64,000 bases of DNA from Promethearchaeota archaeon (GCA_048941265.1 JBHLNT010000008.1:1260-65259), one strand, 5' to 3'. Positions 8,851 through 17,617 are shown, counted from the first letter of the stretch. Numbers and translations: made by a program. Notes: generated by a model from the letters alone, not told the origin.

Positions 8851-11226
8851 ATGAAGAAAGTAGTAATTGTTGGTGGGGTTGCTGGCGGCGCATCCGCAGC
8901 AGCTCGTCTTAGAAGATTAAGAGAAGATTACGAAATAATTATGCTTGATAAAGGTCCTTACGTATCTTTCGCCAATTGTGGATTACCATATTATGTTGGA
9001 AATGTAATCAAGGATAGAGAATCATTAGAATTGGTTACGCCCGAGAGATTTCTTGTACGGTTCAATATTGATGTAAGGGTGAATAACGAGGCAATTTCAA
9101 TCAATAAGAACAACAAAAAGGTTAAGGTAAGAGATTTACAGAAAATGCAAGAATATGAACTTGATTACGATTACTTAATTCTTGCTACAGGTTCACAACC
9201 GATAGTTCCCTCTTTTAAAGGATTAGATTCTGTACCTTATTTTACCATATGGACGATTCCTGATGCTGTAAAAATTAGAGATTTTGTGGAAAAGAATAGA
9301 ATTAACCATGCGGTCATTATAGGTGGCGGATTTATAGGTTTAGAAATGGCGGAAAATTTAGTGGAGAATGGTGTGAAAGTAAAAATTGTAGAGATGCTTG
9401 ATCAGGTAATGCCCCCGATTGACAAAGAGATTGCCCAGTTCATTCATCAGGAGCTAATTTTAAATGGAGTGTGCTTAGTTCTAGAGGATCCTGTAGAATC
9501 TTTTGGAAGAACTAATGAAGATAGGCCTTATGTGAAAACCAAAAGTGGTCGTACAATTGAAACAGATTTAGTAATATTAGCAATAGGAATTAGACCACAA
9601 AGTCAGCTAGCAAAAGGAGCTGGATTAGATTTAGGACAAAAAGGCCATATAATCGTTAATGATTATATGCAAAGTTCAGATACTAATATATATGCTGTAG
9701 GAGATGCCGTTCAAGTGCTGCATTATCAAACCAAAGATCCAATAGCAATCGCATTGGCAGGTCCTGCTAATAAGCAAGGCAGAATCGCAGCAGATAATAT
9801 AGCAGGAAGAGAATCTAAATATAAAGGTATTTTAGGAGCTTCAGTTGCAAAAGTATTTGATGTGAGTGTGGCAAATGTAGGTTTAACAGAAAAACAGCTC
9901 AAAAATATTGAAATTAATTATGAGAAAGTATATGTCCATCCTAATAATCACGCCGGATATTATCCTGGGGCTGTTCCCATGGCATTTAAACTTCTTTTTG
10001 AAGTCCCTACCGGTAAAGTTTTAGGAGCTCAAATTGTGGGAGGTCAGGGTACGGAAAAGAGAATAGATGTGATATCTACAATAATAAAAATGGGAGGGAC
10101 AGTGTTTGATTTAGAAGAATTGGAATTAACTTATGCTCCCCCTTACAGCTCAGCAAAAGATCCCGTGAATATGGCTGGTTTTGTGGCAGCAAACTTCCTC
10201 AAAGGAGATATGCCTATTTGGCATTGGCATGATGTTGATAAACTTAAAAATAATGGCGTAGTATTATTGGATGTGAGAACAATAGAAGAACATGAAGCTA
10301 GAGCCATCGAGGGATCAATAAATATTCCTATTGAAGATTTAAGAGATAGGCTGGGGGAACTTCCAAAAAACAAACCTATCTATACTTATTGTGAGGTTGG
10401 ATATAGAAGCTATTTAGCAACACGATTACTTCTGCAGCAAGGATTTAAAGAAGTATACGACCTGACTGGCGGATACAAATTATATGAAATGGCTAGTGCT
10501 ACATGTGAAGAAATTGTTGCCTCCTGCGGAGGATTTGAGGCTCAAATGGAGACATTCGTAAAAGAAAAGGCAATGGAGGACGACGAGCTTGTTAAAGTGG
10601 ATGCTTGTGGATTAAGCTGTCCGGGTCCCTTAAACGCATTAATTAAGGGACTTGAAACGCTACCAAAGGGCAAAAAATTGAAAGTATATGCTACAGATCC
10701 AGGATTTAAATCAAGCGTGGAAGCATATACTAAATTAAATAAAGCAATTGAATTACTATATTTAGGAAAAGAAGAAGGAAAGCTAGTAGCGACATTAAAG
10801 AAAGGATTAATATTACAAGAGGAAATTGCTGCACCTATAAAGGTTGAAAAGAAAACAAGGAAAGAAAGTAGAACACCAGATGCACCAGCATTATCAGTGA
10901 TAAGTGCTGATGAATTATATGGAAGACTTGAATCAGATGATGCCCCTTCTATTTTAATTGATGTACGCACTCCTCAGGAATATAATGGTATAGGAAGTCA
11001 TATTACATCTGCTAAATTACTACCATTAGGGGAATTGATGAATAATATTGACGTTCTTAAAGATTATAAAGATGATGAAGTAGTTACTATTTGTCATAGT
11101 GGAGCACGATCAATGATGGCAGCTCAATTTTTAGTACAAGCTGGTTTCAAAGACGTAAGAAATTTAACGGGTGGCATGATGATGTGGCATCGTAAGGGAT
11201 ACCCCGTTGCGAAAGAATATGATTAA
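8851..11226 (+). CDS. CoA-disulfide/NADH-oxidase-family flavoprotein fused to rhodanese, TusA-like and second rhodanese domains
   Basis: FAD motif VVIVGGVAGGASAA, redox Cys SFANCGLPYY, NAD motif VIIGGGFIGLE and AVGDA define the flavoprotein part. Downstream are a rhodanese loop YCEVGYRS, a TusA motif DACGLSCPGP and a second rhodanese loop ICHSGARS. The ORF opens at GTG 8818; I prefer ATG 8851 (MKKVVIVGG). Confidence 0.85.
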   Translation: MKKVVIVGGVAGGASAAARLRRLREDYEIIMLDKGPYVSFANCGLPYYVGNVIKDRESLELVTPERFLVRFNIDVRVNNEAISINKNNKKVKVRDLQKMQEYELDYDYLILATGSQPIVPSFKGLDSVPYFTIWTIPDAVKIRDFVEKNRINHAVIIGGGFIGLEMAENLVENGVKVKIVEMLDQVMPPIDKEIAQFIHQELILNGVCLVLEDPVESFGRTNEDRPYVKTKSGRTIETDLVILAIGIRPQSQLAKGAGLDLGQKGHIIVNDYMQSSDTNIYAVGDAVQVLHYQTKDPIAIALAGPANKQGRIAADNIAGRESKYKGILGASVAKVFDVSVANVGLTEKQLKNIEINYEKVYVHPNNHAGYYPGAVPMAFKLLFEVPTGKVLGAQIVGGQGTEKRIDVISTIIKMGGTVFDLEELELTYAPPYSSAKDPVNMAGFVAANFLKGDMPIWHWHDVDKLKNNGVVLLDVRTIEEHEARAIEGSINIPIEDLRDRLGELPKNKPIYTYCEVGYRSYLATRLLLQQGFKEVYDLTGGYKLYEMASATCEEIVASCGGFEAQMETFVKEKAMEDDELVKVDACGLSCPGPLNALIKGLETLPKGKKLKVYATDPGFKSSVEAYTKLNKAIELLYLGKEEGKLVATLKKGLILQEEIAAPIKVEKKTRKESRTPDAPALSVISADELYGRLESDDAPSILIDVRTPQEYNGIGSHITSAKLLPLGELMNNIDVLKDYKDDEVVTICHSGARSMMAAQFLVQAGFKDVRNLTGGMMMWHRKGYPVAKEYD

Positions 11227-11282
11227 CTTACATCAAAATCTATTTTTTTAACCTACTTATTTATTTTAAATTATTGGGCTTA

Positions 11283-11298
11283 TTCGAACATGTTCGAA
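11283..11298. promoter_or_regulatory. perfect 16-nt palindrome TTCGAACATGTTCGAA upstream of the cooS-like gene (candidate operator)
   Basis: Read directly from the sequence. It is self-complementary and flanked by the partly symmetric CTTAT...ATAAG. It lies ~100 nt upstream of the TTG start at 11400. Confidence 0.3.
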
Positions 11299-11399
11299 AA
11301 TAAGTATATTTTCCAAGGGAATATCAATAATTTAGAGATGGAACTTTTATAAAGTAATCTGTCTTAATAATTTTTTAATAAATTAGTGAGGTGTAGAAA

Positions 11400-13304
11400 T
11401 TGGAAGGTGAAAGATTATCTTATCATGAATCAGTACGCAAGGTTTATGAAAGAATTAAAAAGGATGGCATGATTAATATTTGGGATCGTTTTGAAGCACA
11501 GGGATTTGGAGGTGTGCCCGATAAAAGATGTCCCTTTTGTTTAAAAGGTGCTCGATGTGATTTATGCTCTAATGGTCCTTGTAGGGCGGACGCTTCTATT
11601 GATAAAAGAGGAGTATGTGGAATTACCGCAGATGGGATGGCAATGCGAATGATGTTACTTAGAAATGTATTAGGGGCATCTACTTACCATTATCATACAG
11701 AAACGACAATTAAAACGCTTAAAGCCACAGCTGAGGGTAAAACTTCTTATAAAATTAGCGAACCAGAAAAGCTAAAAAGTTTTGCTAAACGACTTGGAGT
11801 TGATATCTCTGGTTCAAATAAAGAAATTGCATTACGTTTATGTGAATTTGTAAAAGAAGATTTTAATAGAGCTTACAATGAGCCAAGTAAAATAGTAGAA
11901 GCTTTAGCACCCCCAGAAAGGAAAGAAGTGTGGAAAAAATTAAATGTATTTCCAGGGGGGATTTATGGGGAAATGATGTTGGCTACTAGCTCATGTCTTA
12001 CAAATATAGATGGATATTATGCCAGCTTGGCACTTAAAGCCATGAGATTAGGGGTGGCTATGGCATATCAGAGTCAAATTGTCAATGAGTTTTGTCAAGA
12101 TATTCTATTTAATGTCCCTAAACCCCATAAAATGCGAGTAAACTTAGGTGTTTTAGACCCTGATTATGTGAACGTACTTCCCAATGGACATGAACCATTT
12201 TTGGGATTTGCAATGGTTCAATTGGCACGCAAACCAGAATGGCAAGAAAAGGCTAAAGCAGTAGGAGCCAAGGGATTAAGAATCATTGCAAACATAGAAA
12301 CTGGGCAAGAAATGATACAGCGATGGGAAATGGATGACGTATTTTATGGTTTTACAGGAAATTGGATTATGCAAGAAGCAATATTGGCAAGTGGTTGTAT
12401 TGATGCATTCGTATGTGATATGAACTGTTCAATGCCAATCGATCCGATTTATGCTAAAAGATATAAATTTAAACTCATTCCAGTATCAGAAGTCGTAGCT
12501 TTTGAGGGTATTAGTGAAAGATTAGATTATATCCCTGAAAAAGCTGAAGAACAGGCGGGAAAGCTCTTACAAATGGCTATAGATAATTTCAAGGAACGAA
12601 GAGCAAATATTAAACCGGTGACGGGATTAGGGATGAATGAAGCAATAGTTGGATTTTCAACTGAAAGTATAGTGGCAGCACTTGGTGGTAGTATTGAACC
12701 ATTATTAGGGGCTATAAAAGATGGGACAATACGTGGTGTGGCTGGGCTTGTTTCTTGTACAACCCTACGAGATTATGGACAGGATGTACATACCATTAAT
12801 ATCACTAAAGAGTTAATCAAAAGAGATATCTTAGTATTATCAATGGGATGTGGTAATGGAGCGTTACAAGTGGCAGGTCTTTGTTCTCTTGAAGCAAAGA
12901 ATTTAGCAGGAGCAGGCCTAAAATCCTTATGTGAAAAGTTAAGCATTCCACCCGTGTTGAGTTATGGTACATGCACAGATACAGGAAGGGTAGCTGATCT
13001 AATAGGAGCTATATCTAAAGCGCTTGGAGGGGTTCCTATTCCTGATCTCCCTATAGTAGCGGCAGCTCCTGAATATATGGAACAAAAGGCAACGATAGAT
13101 GCGATCTTTGCATTAGCATTTGGACTTTACACATACGTTAATCCCGTGCCTACTGTTACTGGAGGGCCTGACTTAGTTAAATTATTAACTGTTGATTGCA
13201 AGGATGTTACAGGAGGTATCTTGCATGTTGAAACAGACTCAGTTCAAGCCGTTGATGCTATGGTTGCTCATATAGAGGCCAATCGAAAAAAAATGGGTAT
13301 TTAA
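11400..13304 (+). CDS. cooS: CooS-type anaerobic carbon-monoxide dehydrogenase family protein with non-canonical C-cluster ligand set
   Basis: 634 aa. The N-terminal Cys cluster CPFCLKGARCDLCSNGPCR...GVCGITADG matches the B/D-cluster region. C-cluster-region motifs are NGHEP, DMNCSMP, GLVSCT, SMGCGN and YGTCTDTGR. Where canonical CooS has GICCTGNE, this protein has ANIETGQE. GAGGTG SD lies 6 nt before the TTG start. Confidence 0.8.
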   Translation: MEGERLSYHESVRKVYERIKKDGMINIWDRFEAQGFGGVPDKRCPFCLKGARCDLCSNGPCRADASIDKRGVCGITADGMAMRMMLLRNVLGASTYHYHTETTIKTLKATAEGKTSYKISEPEKLKSFAKRLGVDISGSNKEIALRLCEFVKEDFNRAYNEPSKIVEALAPPERKEVWKKLNVFPGGIYGEMMLATSSCLTNIDGYYASLALKAMRLGVAMAYQSQIVNEFCQDILFNVPKPHKMRVNLGVLDPDYVNVLPNGHEPFLGFAMVQLARKPEWQEKAKAVGAKGLRIIANIETGQEMIQRWEMDDVFYGFTGNWIMQEAILASGCIDAFVCDMNCSMPIDPIYAKRYKFKLIPVSEVVAFEGISERLDYIPEKAEEQAGKLLQMAIDNFKERRANIKPVTGLGMNEAIVGFSTESIVAALGGSIEPLLGAIKDGTIRGVAGLVSCTTLRDYGQDVHTINITKELIKRDILVLSMGCGNGALQVAGLCSLEAKNLAGAGLKSLCEKLSIPPVLSYGTCTDTGRVADLIGAISKALGGVPIPDLPIVAAAPEYMEQKATIDAIFALAFGLYTYVNPVPTVTGGPDLVKLLTVDCKDVTGGILHVETDSVQAVDAMVAHIEANRKKMGI

Positions 13305-13408
13305 ATTCATCCAAATCTTCATAATATCTAAGATTTTTAAATTAAAAAAATTTTAAACAAAAATTATAATTCTTTTTTTTTATTATCTCTTCACTTTCTT
13401 TTCATTAT

Positions 13409-13717
13409 TCAATCGTTTATCTCTTGGGTGTATAAAAATTCACCAATTTTTCGAACTACCGAATTTGCTTTTTTATGGGTAGCCATCACGAATAAGCCAC
13501 TCCAGATGTCCCATCCTACTATAATTCTTATATCTTGCTTAATCATTTCTAAATATACTGAATCAAGACCAAAAATAGGAAGCTGAACTGGTTCAAAGCT
13601 AAATTCTTTTTGAATTAATGTAGCAACTGGGAAAATATGCTCTGCTTCGGCATATTCAATATCGTATGTTTCATTCCCCTCTGTAGTTTTATTAAATTTA
13701 CCTTTTAATTTAGTCAT
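13409..13717 (-). CDS. hypothetical protein
   Basis: 102-aa ORF with no recognisable motif. It is co-oriented and closely spaced with 13754..14182. Confidence 0.5.
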   Translation of the reverse strand: MTKLKGKFNKTTEGNETYDIEYAEAEHIFPVATLIQKEFSFEPVQLPIFGLDSVYLEMIKQDIRIIVGWDIWSGLFVMATHKKANSVVRKIGEFLYTQEIND

Positions 13718-13753
13718 ATAATTTTAATACATCTTTAAAATTATAAGGTAATA

Positions 13754-14182
13754 TTACCTTGCCATCCCGATCCAGAATTGTCTCACAGGATCTTCTAATT
13801 TATCCTCGATTTCTTCTTCAAAATCAGAGAATACGCTGATTTCCATATTCCAATTTTCAAAATCATCAAATATATCTGAATATTTACTGAAAAATCGTTC
13901 AGATATTATATCTAATTCATTCAGAACTTTTTTTTCTTTAAATCGTTTTGAAGAATTTGCCACAAAAAGAAGATTGTTTTTTCTAATGATTGTAAAACGT
14001 ATATTCTTTATTTCAAAATTTTGTAATCCACCATCTCCAATTCCAATTTCCCTGGAATACGAATCTAAAGCGGTCATTAACGCTCCAAAAAGCTGAGCAC
14101 TAACCTTTGGATCATACACTCTATTAAATAACACAATACCACCATTAGTTAAAATCCAAAGATCTTGTATTACTTTCGCCAT
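13754..14182 (-). CDS. hypothetical protein, possible longin/roadblock-like alpha-beta domain plus acidic tail
   Basis: 142 aa. The N-terminal pattern (IQDLWILTNGGIVLFNRVY...LFGALMTALDSYSREIG...FEIKNIRFTIIRKNNLLFVA) resembles the beta-beta-alpha-beta-beta-beta layout of longin/roadblock folds. This is judged by eye only. Confidence 0.45.
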   Translation of the reverse strand: MAKVIQDLWILTNGGIVLFNRVYDPKVSAQLFGALMTALDSYSREIGIGDGGLQNFEIKNIRFTIIRKNNLLFVANSSKRFKEKKVLNELDIISERFFSKYSDIFDDFENWNMEISVFSDFEEEIEDKLEDPVRQFWIGMAR

Positions 14183-14330
14183 AGATTTAAAACTTTAATT
14201 TTAAATATGCTTTAATTATTTCTATTAAATTTAAATAAAAAAATTTCCGTTATTATGAAAAATTGATTATTTTGACAATAATGTTTCACAGTTGAGAATT
14301 ATTTTAAAATTATCGTTCTTGTGATTTTTG

Positions 14331-15299
14331 TTATATTTGAATTAAAGTAGTAAAAATTCTCATGAGATAAATGATTACAATAAATCCTACTGCACCTATC
14401 AAAAAATAAATAGGATTTCCTTTTTCTTTTTCTGGAATAACTTCTCGCACAATTGTATAAAGAATTACTCCTGAAATAAAAGAATAGAGAATATAGATAA
14501 GCTCTAAATTAACGGGGAGAAATAACTCAAAAAATATACCAAAAGCAACCCCTAATAGAGCTGCTGATGATATAAGAAACTTAATTACTTTGGGTACCTC
14601 AAATTTAATTTCAATACCTAAGTCAGAATAGACTTCTAAACTGGATTCCGAACTACTGGTAACAATCACTCTAAAATAAGCAAAAATGAAAAAAAGTATA
14701 CCGGATAAGAATTCTATTATTAATAGAGCAACGATTAGAAGTCCTACAATAAAGTGATAAATAAAATTTGTAAAATAGCGAATTTCATTTAAATCCTTTT
14801 GAATATGCATTTTTATCTTTAATTTTTTTTCTTCTATCTCAGAGCTAATTCCTTTACTTTGATCCTGTAATTCGGTTAAAGCTTTTCCCAACTCTCTTAA
14901 CGCATATTCATCTAATTTCTCCTCTTGGGTTAATTCAAGAGTTATAATATCTTCAATATTGCGTTCCACTATCTCTAAATCTTTCTCCATTTTCATCAGT
15001 TTACGAACTCTTTTTTGGGATTTTGACTCTACCTTTTGTAATATAAATTTTTCAGATACATGGATGATAATAAAACCTAAGAGGATGAATAAAAATTCAA
15101 AAATTTTGAGATGTAAGGGTAATTCTGGTAATCTTTCTGATACTTCTGGTAATAAAACTATAAAAAAATAAGCTATTGAAACACCTGCTATAAATGAGAT
15201 ATTCAATCTAATATTTAATTTAGTAGAAAAATCTTCGATAAAAAATAATAAACTAAAAATTATAGCAAACAAAAATAAAATTATTAGATCGAACGCCAT
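14331..15299 (-). CDS. polytopic membrane protein with a central charged coiled-coil loop (function unknown; weak ZIP-like hints)
   Basis: 322 aa with ~7 hydrophobic segments and a central K/E-rich ~90-aa insert. HVSEKF and REVIPEKE only faintly recall ZIP transporter motifs. Confidence 0.65.
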   Translation of the reverse strand: MAFDLIILFLFAIIFSLLFFIEDFSTKLNIRLNISFIAGVSIAYFFIVLLPEVSERLPELPLHLKIFEFLFILLGFIIIHVSEKFILQKVESKSQKRVRKLMKMEKDLEIVERNIEDIITLELTQEEKLDEYALRELGKALTELQDQSKGISSEIEEKKLKIKMHIQKDLNEIRYFTNFIYHFIVGLLIVALLIIEFLSGILFFIFAYFRVIVTSSSESSLEVYSDLGIEIKFEVPKVIKFLISSAALLGVAFGIFFELFLPVNLELIYILYSFISGVILYTIVREVIPEKEKGNPIYFLIGAVGFIVIIYLMRIFTTLIQI

Positions 15300-15860
15300 T
15301 GAATTAGGCTGAAAATGTGTAGTGTATAACCATAATTTTATACGATTCCTTTTAATTTTTTATATTATTTTTGATAAAATAAACTATTCGGATAATATTC
15401 AATATAGAGTGTTATTTGCGAAATTTCTTATAGAATGTAAAAATAAATCAAGACTTTTCACTTCGAGAGTATAAAATTAATCACATCAGAATTGCCATTG
15501 GTTTTTTTTTCTTTTTTTCTTTATCTTTCTGTTTCCCTTCATAATTTTTTTTTATAAAAGAGCGTTCTTTTTCATATATTTTTGTTTGAAAAAATACGGC
15601 CTTCCAACCATGCGTGAAGGGAGCAACAAAGCTAAGAAACTTTCCACTTTTTATTCTTTTTCCCTTAATTTTAAGACACCTATACAACAAAATTGAATTT
15701 CATATAGGAAGAAGATAATTAGCTATTTATTTTTTTACATCTATGTATGTTATTAAATTATCAAAATGGGAATTCATTTAGAATTTCAATTATTTAGTGA
15801 CTTAAACTCAAAACTTTTTTATATTTGTTTAAAAATAAGCTAATTCTTAGGTGCTTACTG

Positions 15861-16751
15861 ATTACTCAATTTTTAATAATAACCTCTACTGAAGATAAAG
15901 CTTCCATGAATATTCGCAAAAATTTTTTAAAACTATTTCAATTCAAAGAGATTAAATCAAAATGGCATGAACAATCTTTATTTAAATTAGCCTATAAATC
16001 TCAAAATGCTAAACAATTAGAAAATATACAGGTATATCTTGGTTTAACAAATGATCCCTTGATATTTTTAAATGATTTAAAATTAAATGAGACGGATATC
16101 AATCCGGACTTACTTATTTTTGCGAGCCGTCATAGATCAGAAGCTGCTCGACCGGCATTTTTAATTCATACCACAGGAAATTGGACAAATAAGGCGGAGT
16201 TCGGAGGAAATCCCCGAGAGTTGTGTTTTGCAAGCGCTTTACTACTGAAGGCAGGTTTTTTATCCTTACTTGAACAGGAAAAATCTTTAAACTTATCAGA
16301 ATTCTCATTAGATATTGAAGTAACTCATCATGGTCCAACTACTTTAGAAAAACCCTTAGTTTTTATGGAGTTAGGAAGTAGTGAGGAAGAATGGAGTATC
16401 AATGAAGCAGGAGAAATGGTGGCCAAATCCATTATTAATACTATTTTTAAATATTTACAATTTCAAACAAAAAAATCTCAGAGAGTATGTATAGGATTTG
16501 GAGGTACTCATTATGGTCCTCAATTTAAAAAATCATTGATAAATAAAGATGTAGCTTTCTCATTCATTTGCCCCAAATATTTTATCCAAGAGTTAGATCA
16601 TAAAATGATTGAGCAAATGATTGATAAGAATTTAGAAGAAATAGATTGTTTTGTGATCGATTGGAAAGGAACTAATTCTGCAGATAAAAACCATCTTATT
16701 CCTTTGTTAGAAGATTTTGATATACCTATTAAAAAGACGAAAGACCTTTAA
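15861..16751 (+). CDS. dtdA: D-aminoacyl-tRNA deacylase, archaeal type (DtdA/DTD2)
   Basis: SRHRSEAARPAFLIHTTGNW, VTHHGPT, ELGSSEEEW and GGTHY match the archaeal tRNA_deacylase family as I remember it. The start is uncertain: the ORF opens at TTG 15825, but an AGGTG at 15849..15853 sits 7 nt before an in-frame ATT at 15861. The first ATG (15906) would delete the conserved FLIITSTEDKAS strand. Confidence 0.8.
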   Translation: MTQFLIITSTEDKASMNIRKNFLKLFQFKEIKSKWHEQSLFKLAYKSQNAKQLENIQVYLGLTNDPLIFLNDLKLNETDINPDLLIFASRHRSEAARPAFLIHTTGNWTNKAEFGGNPRELCFASALLLKAGFLSLLEQEKSLNLSEFSLDIEVTHHGPTTLEKPLVFMELGSSEEEWSINEAGEMVAKSIINTIFKYLQFQTKKSQRVCIGFGGTHYGPQFKKSLINKDVAFSFICPKYFIQELDHKMIEQMIDKNLEEIDCFVIDWKGTNSADKNHLIPLLEDFDIPIKKTKDL

Positions 16752-16753
16752 TT

Positions 16754-17617
16754 TTAATTTTTCTTAGTTTCTTCATAATATTTTATGAGGTTTTTAAATA
16801 CATAATCCGCAGCGGAAAAACCTTGAGTCGCGGTTCTACTTAAGATTTTATGTAGGAAGTCACGGTTGGGAACGTTATCCTCAACTGTAACATTCAATTC
16901 TCTTATATTATAAAAACTTCTCCAAAATTGGGTTGGCCATTCGACTAATGGTCGTAGATTTTTGTTGTATTTTTCTTTTCCTATATCTGATAATTTTAAT
17001 TCTTTTTTTAATTCATAAAAATAATTTTCTCCCTTTTTAGTTTTAGTTATAATCCCCTCAACTTCAATTTCTTCCATTAAATTATGTAAATCAGCAATAT
17101 CGATTTCTATTTTCAATTTACTTAAATTTTCAAGAATTTCAGAATCCATTTGACCTTTAAGTTTAATTAATAAATAATTTCTGGCAATTACATTATATTT
17201 TAACGGAACAGTCTCATGATCCATTTGATTATACTGAACTAAATTACCTAATATTTCTCTTGCGATATAATACTTTAACATGAGTTGATCTTCTTTTGAA
17301 AAATCCTTTTTGAATAAAGCGGAGTCATTAAAATATGAATTATATAAAGTGTCTAATAAGGATTTTATCGTGTAAAATCCATCTGCGAAGGCATTATCCA
17401 TATCTTTTAAGATTGCTATTCGATAATTGATGTCATCAATGAATTTTTCTTTGTCTAGCTTAATTTGACGGACTAAATGAGGTTTGTCATTGATAGGTTT
17501 TAAATATTCATTCCATTTAGTTTTAAATCTTGCTCCTTGATTATTTGCTATTGATGTGAGTTTGCGGACCACATCTAAAAGCTTGACTTCGAATTCTTTT
17601 TCAGTAACATTCGTCAT
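16754..17617 (-). CDS. hypothetical helical protein with possible C-terminal winged-helix segment
   Basis: 287-aa ORF with no catalytic motif. The segment EIEVEGIITKTKKGENYFYELK looks like a wing of a wHTH. Confidence 0.55.
   Translation of the reverse strand: MTNVTEKEFEVKLLDVVRKLTSIANNQGARFKTKWNEYLKPINDKPHLVRQIKLDKEKFIDDINYRIAILKDMDNAFADGFYTIKSLLDTLYNSYFNDSALFKKDFSKEDQLMLKYYIAREILGNLVQYNQMDHETVPLKYNVIARNYLLIKLKGQMDSEILENLSKLKIEIDIADLHNLMEEIEVEGIITKTKKGENYFYELKKELKLSDIGKEKYNKNLRPLVEWPTQFWRSFYNIRELNVTVEDNVPNRDFLHKILSRTATQGFSAADYVFKNLIKYYEETKKN

Noticed and set aside
10542-10970. 142-aa minus-strand ORF inside the CoADR-rhodanese gene. Similar antisense ORFs occur at 923..1111, 1965..2153, 2135..2362, 5900..6097, 6830..7138, 10143..10373, 14959..15171 and 16114..16338.
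   Set aside because: All are fully embedded antisense to long ORFs that have strong family motifs. Their products are low-complexity Ser/Phe/Ile-rich sequence typical of shadow frames in AT-rich DNA.
11400-13304. Alternative call as hybrid-cluster protein (hydroxylamine reductase) rather than the CooS family.
   Set aside because: The length (~634 aa), the N-terminal C-x2-C-x5-C-x2-C-x4-C...GVCG pattern and the later motif order fit CooS better than HCP. The functional caveat is kept as a finding instead.
15481-15690. 69-aa Lys-rich minus-strand ORF in the 525-nt divergent intergenic region, with a slightly G+C-richer patch (about 15597..15640).
   Set aside because: The translation is mostly poly-K/E from A/T runs, with no SD and no motif. 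I also could not fold the G+C patch into any recognisable tRNA, C/D-box or other RNA by eye. It is left unannotated.
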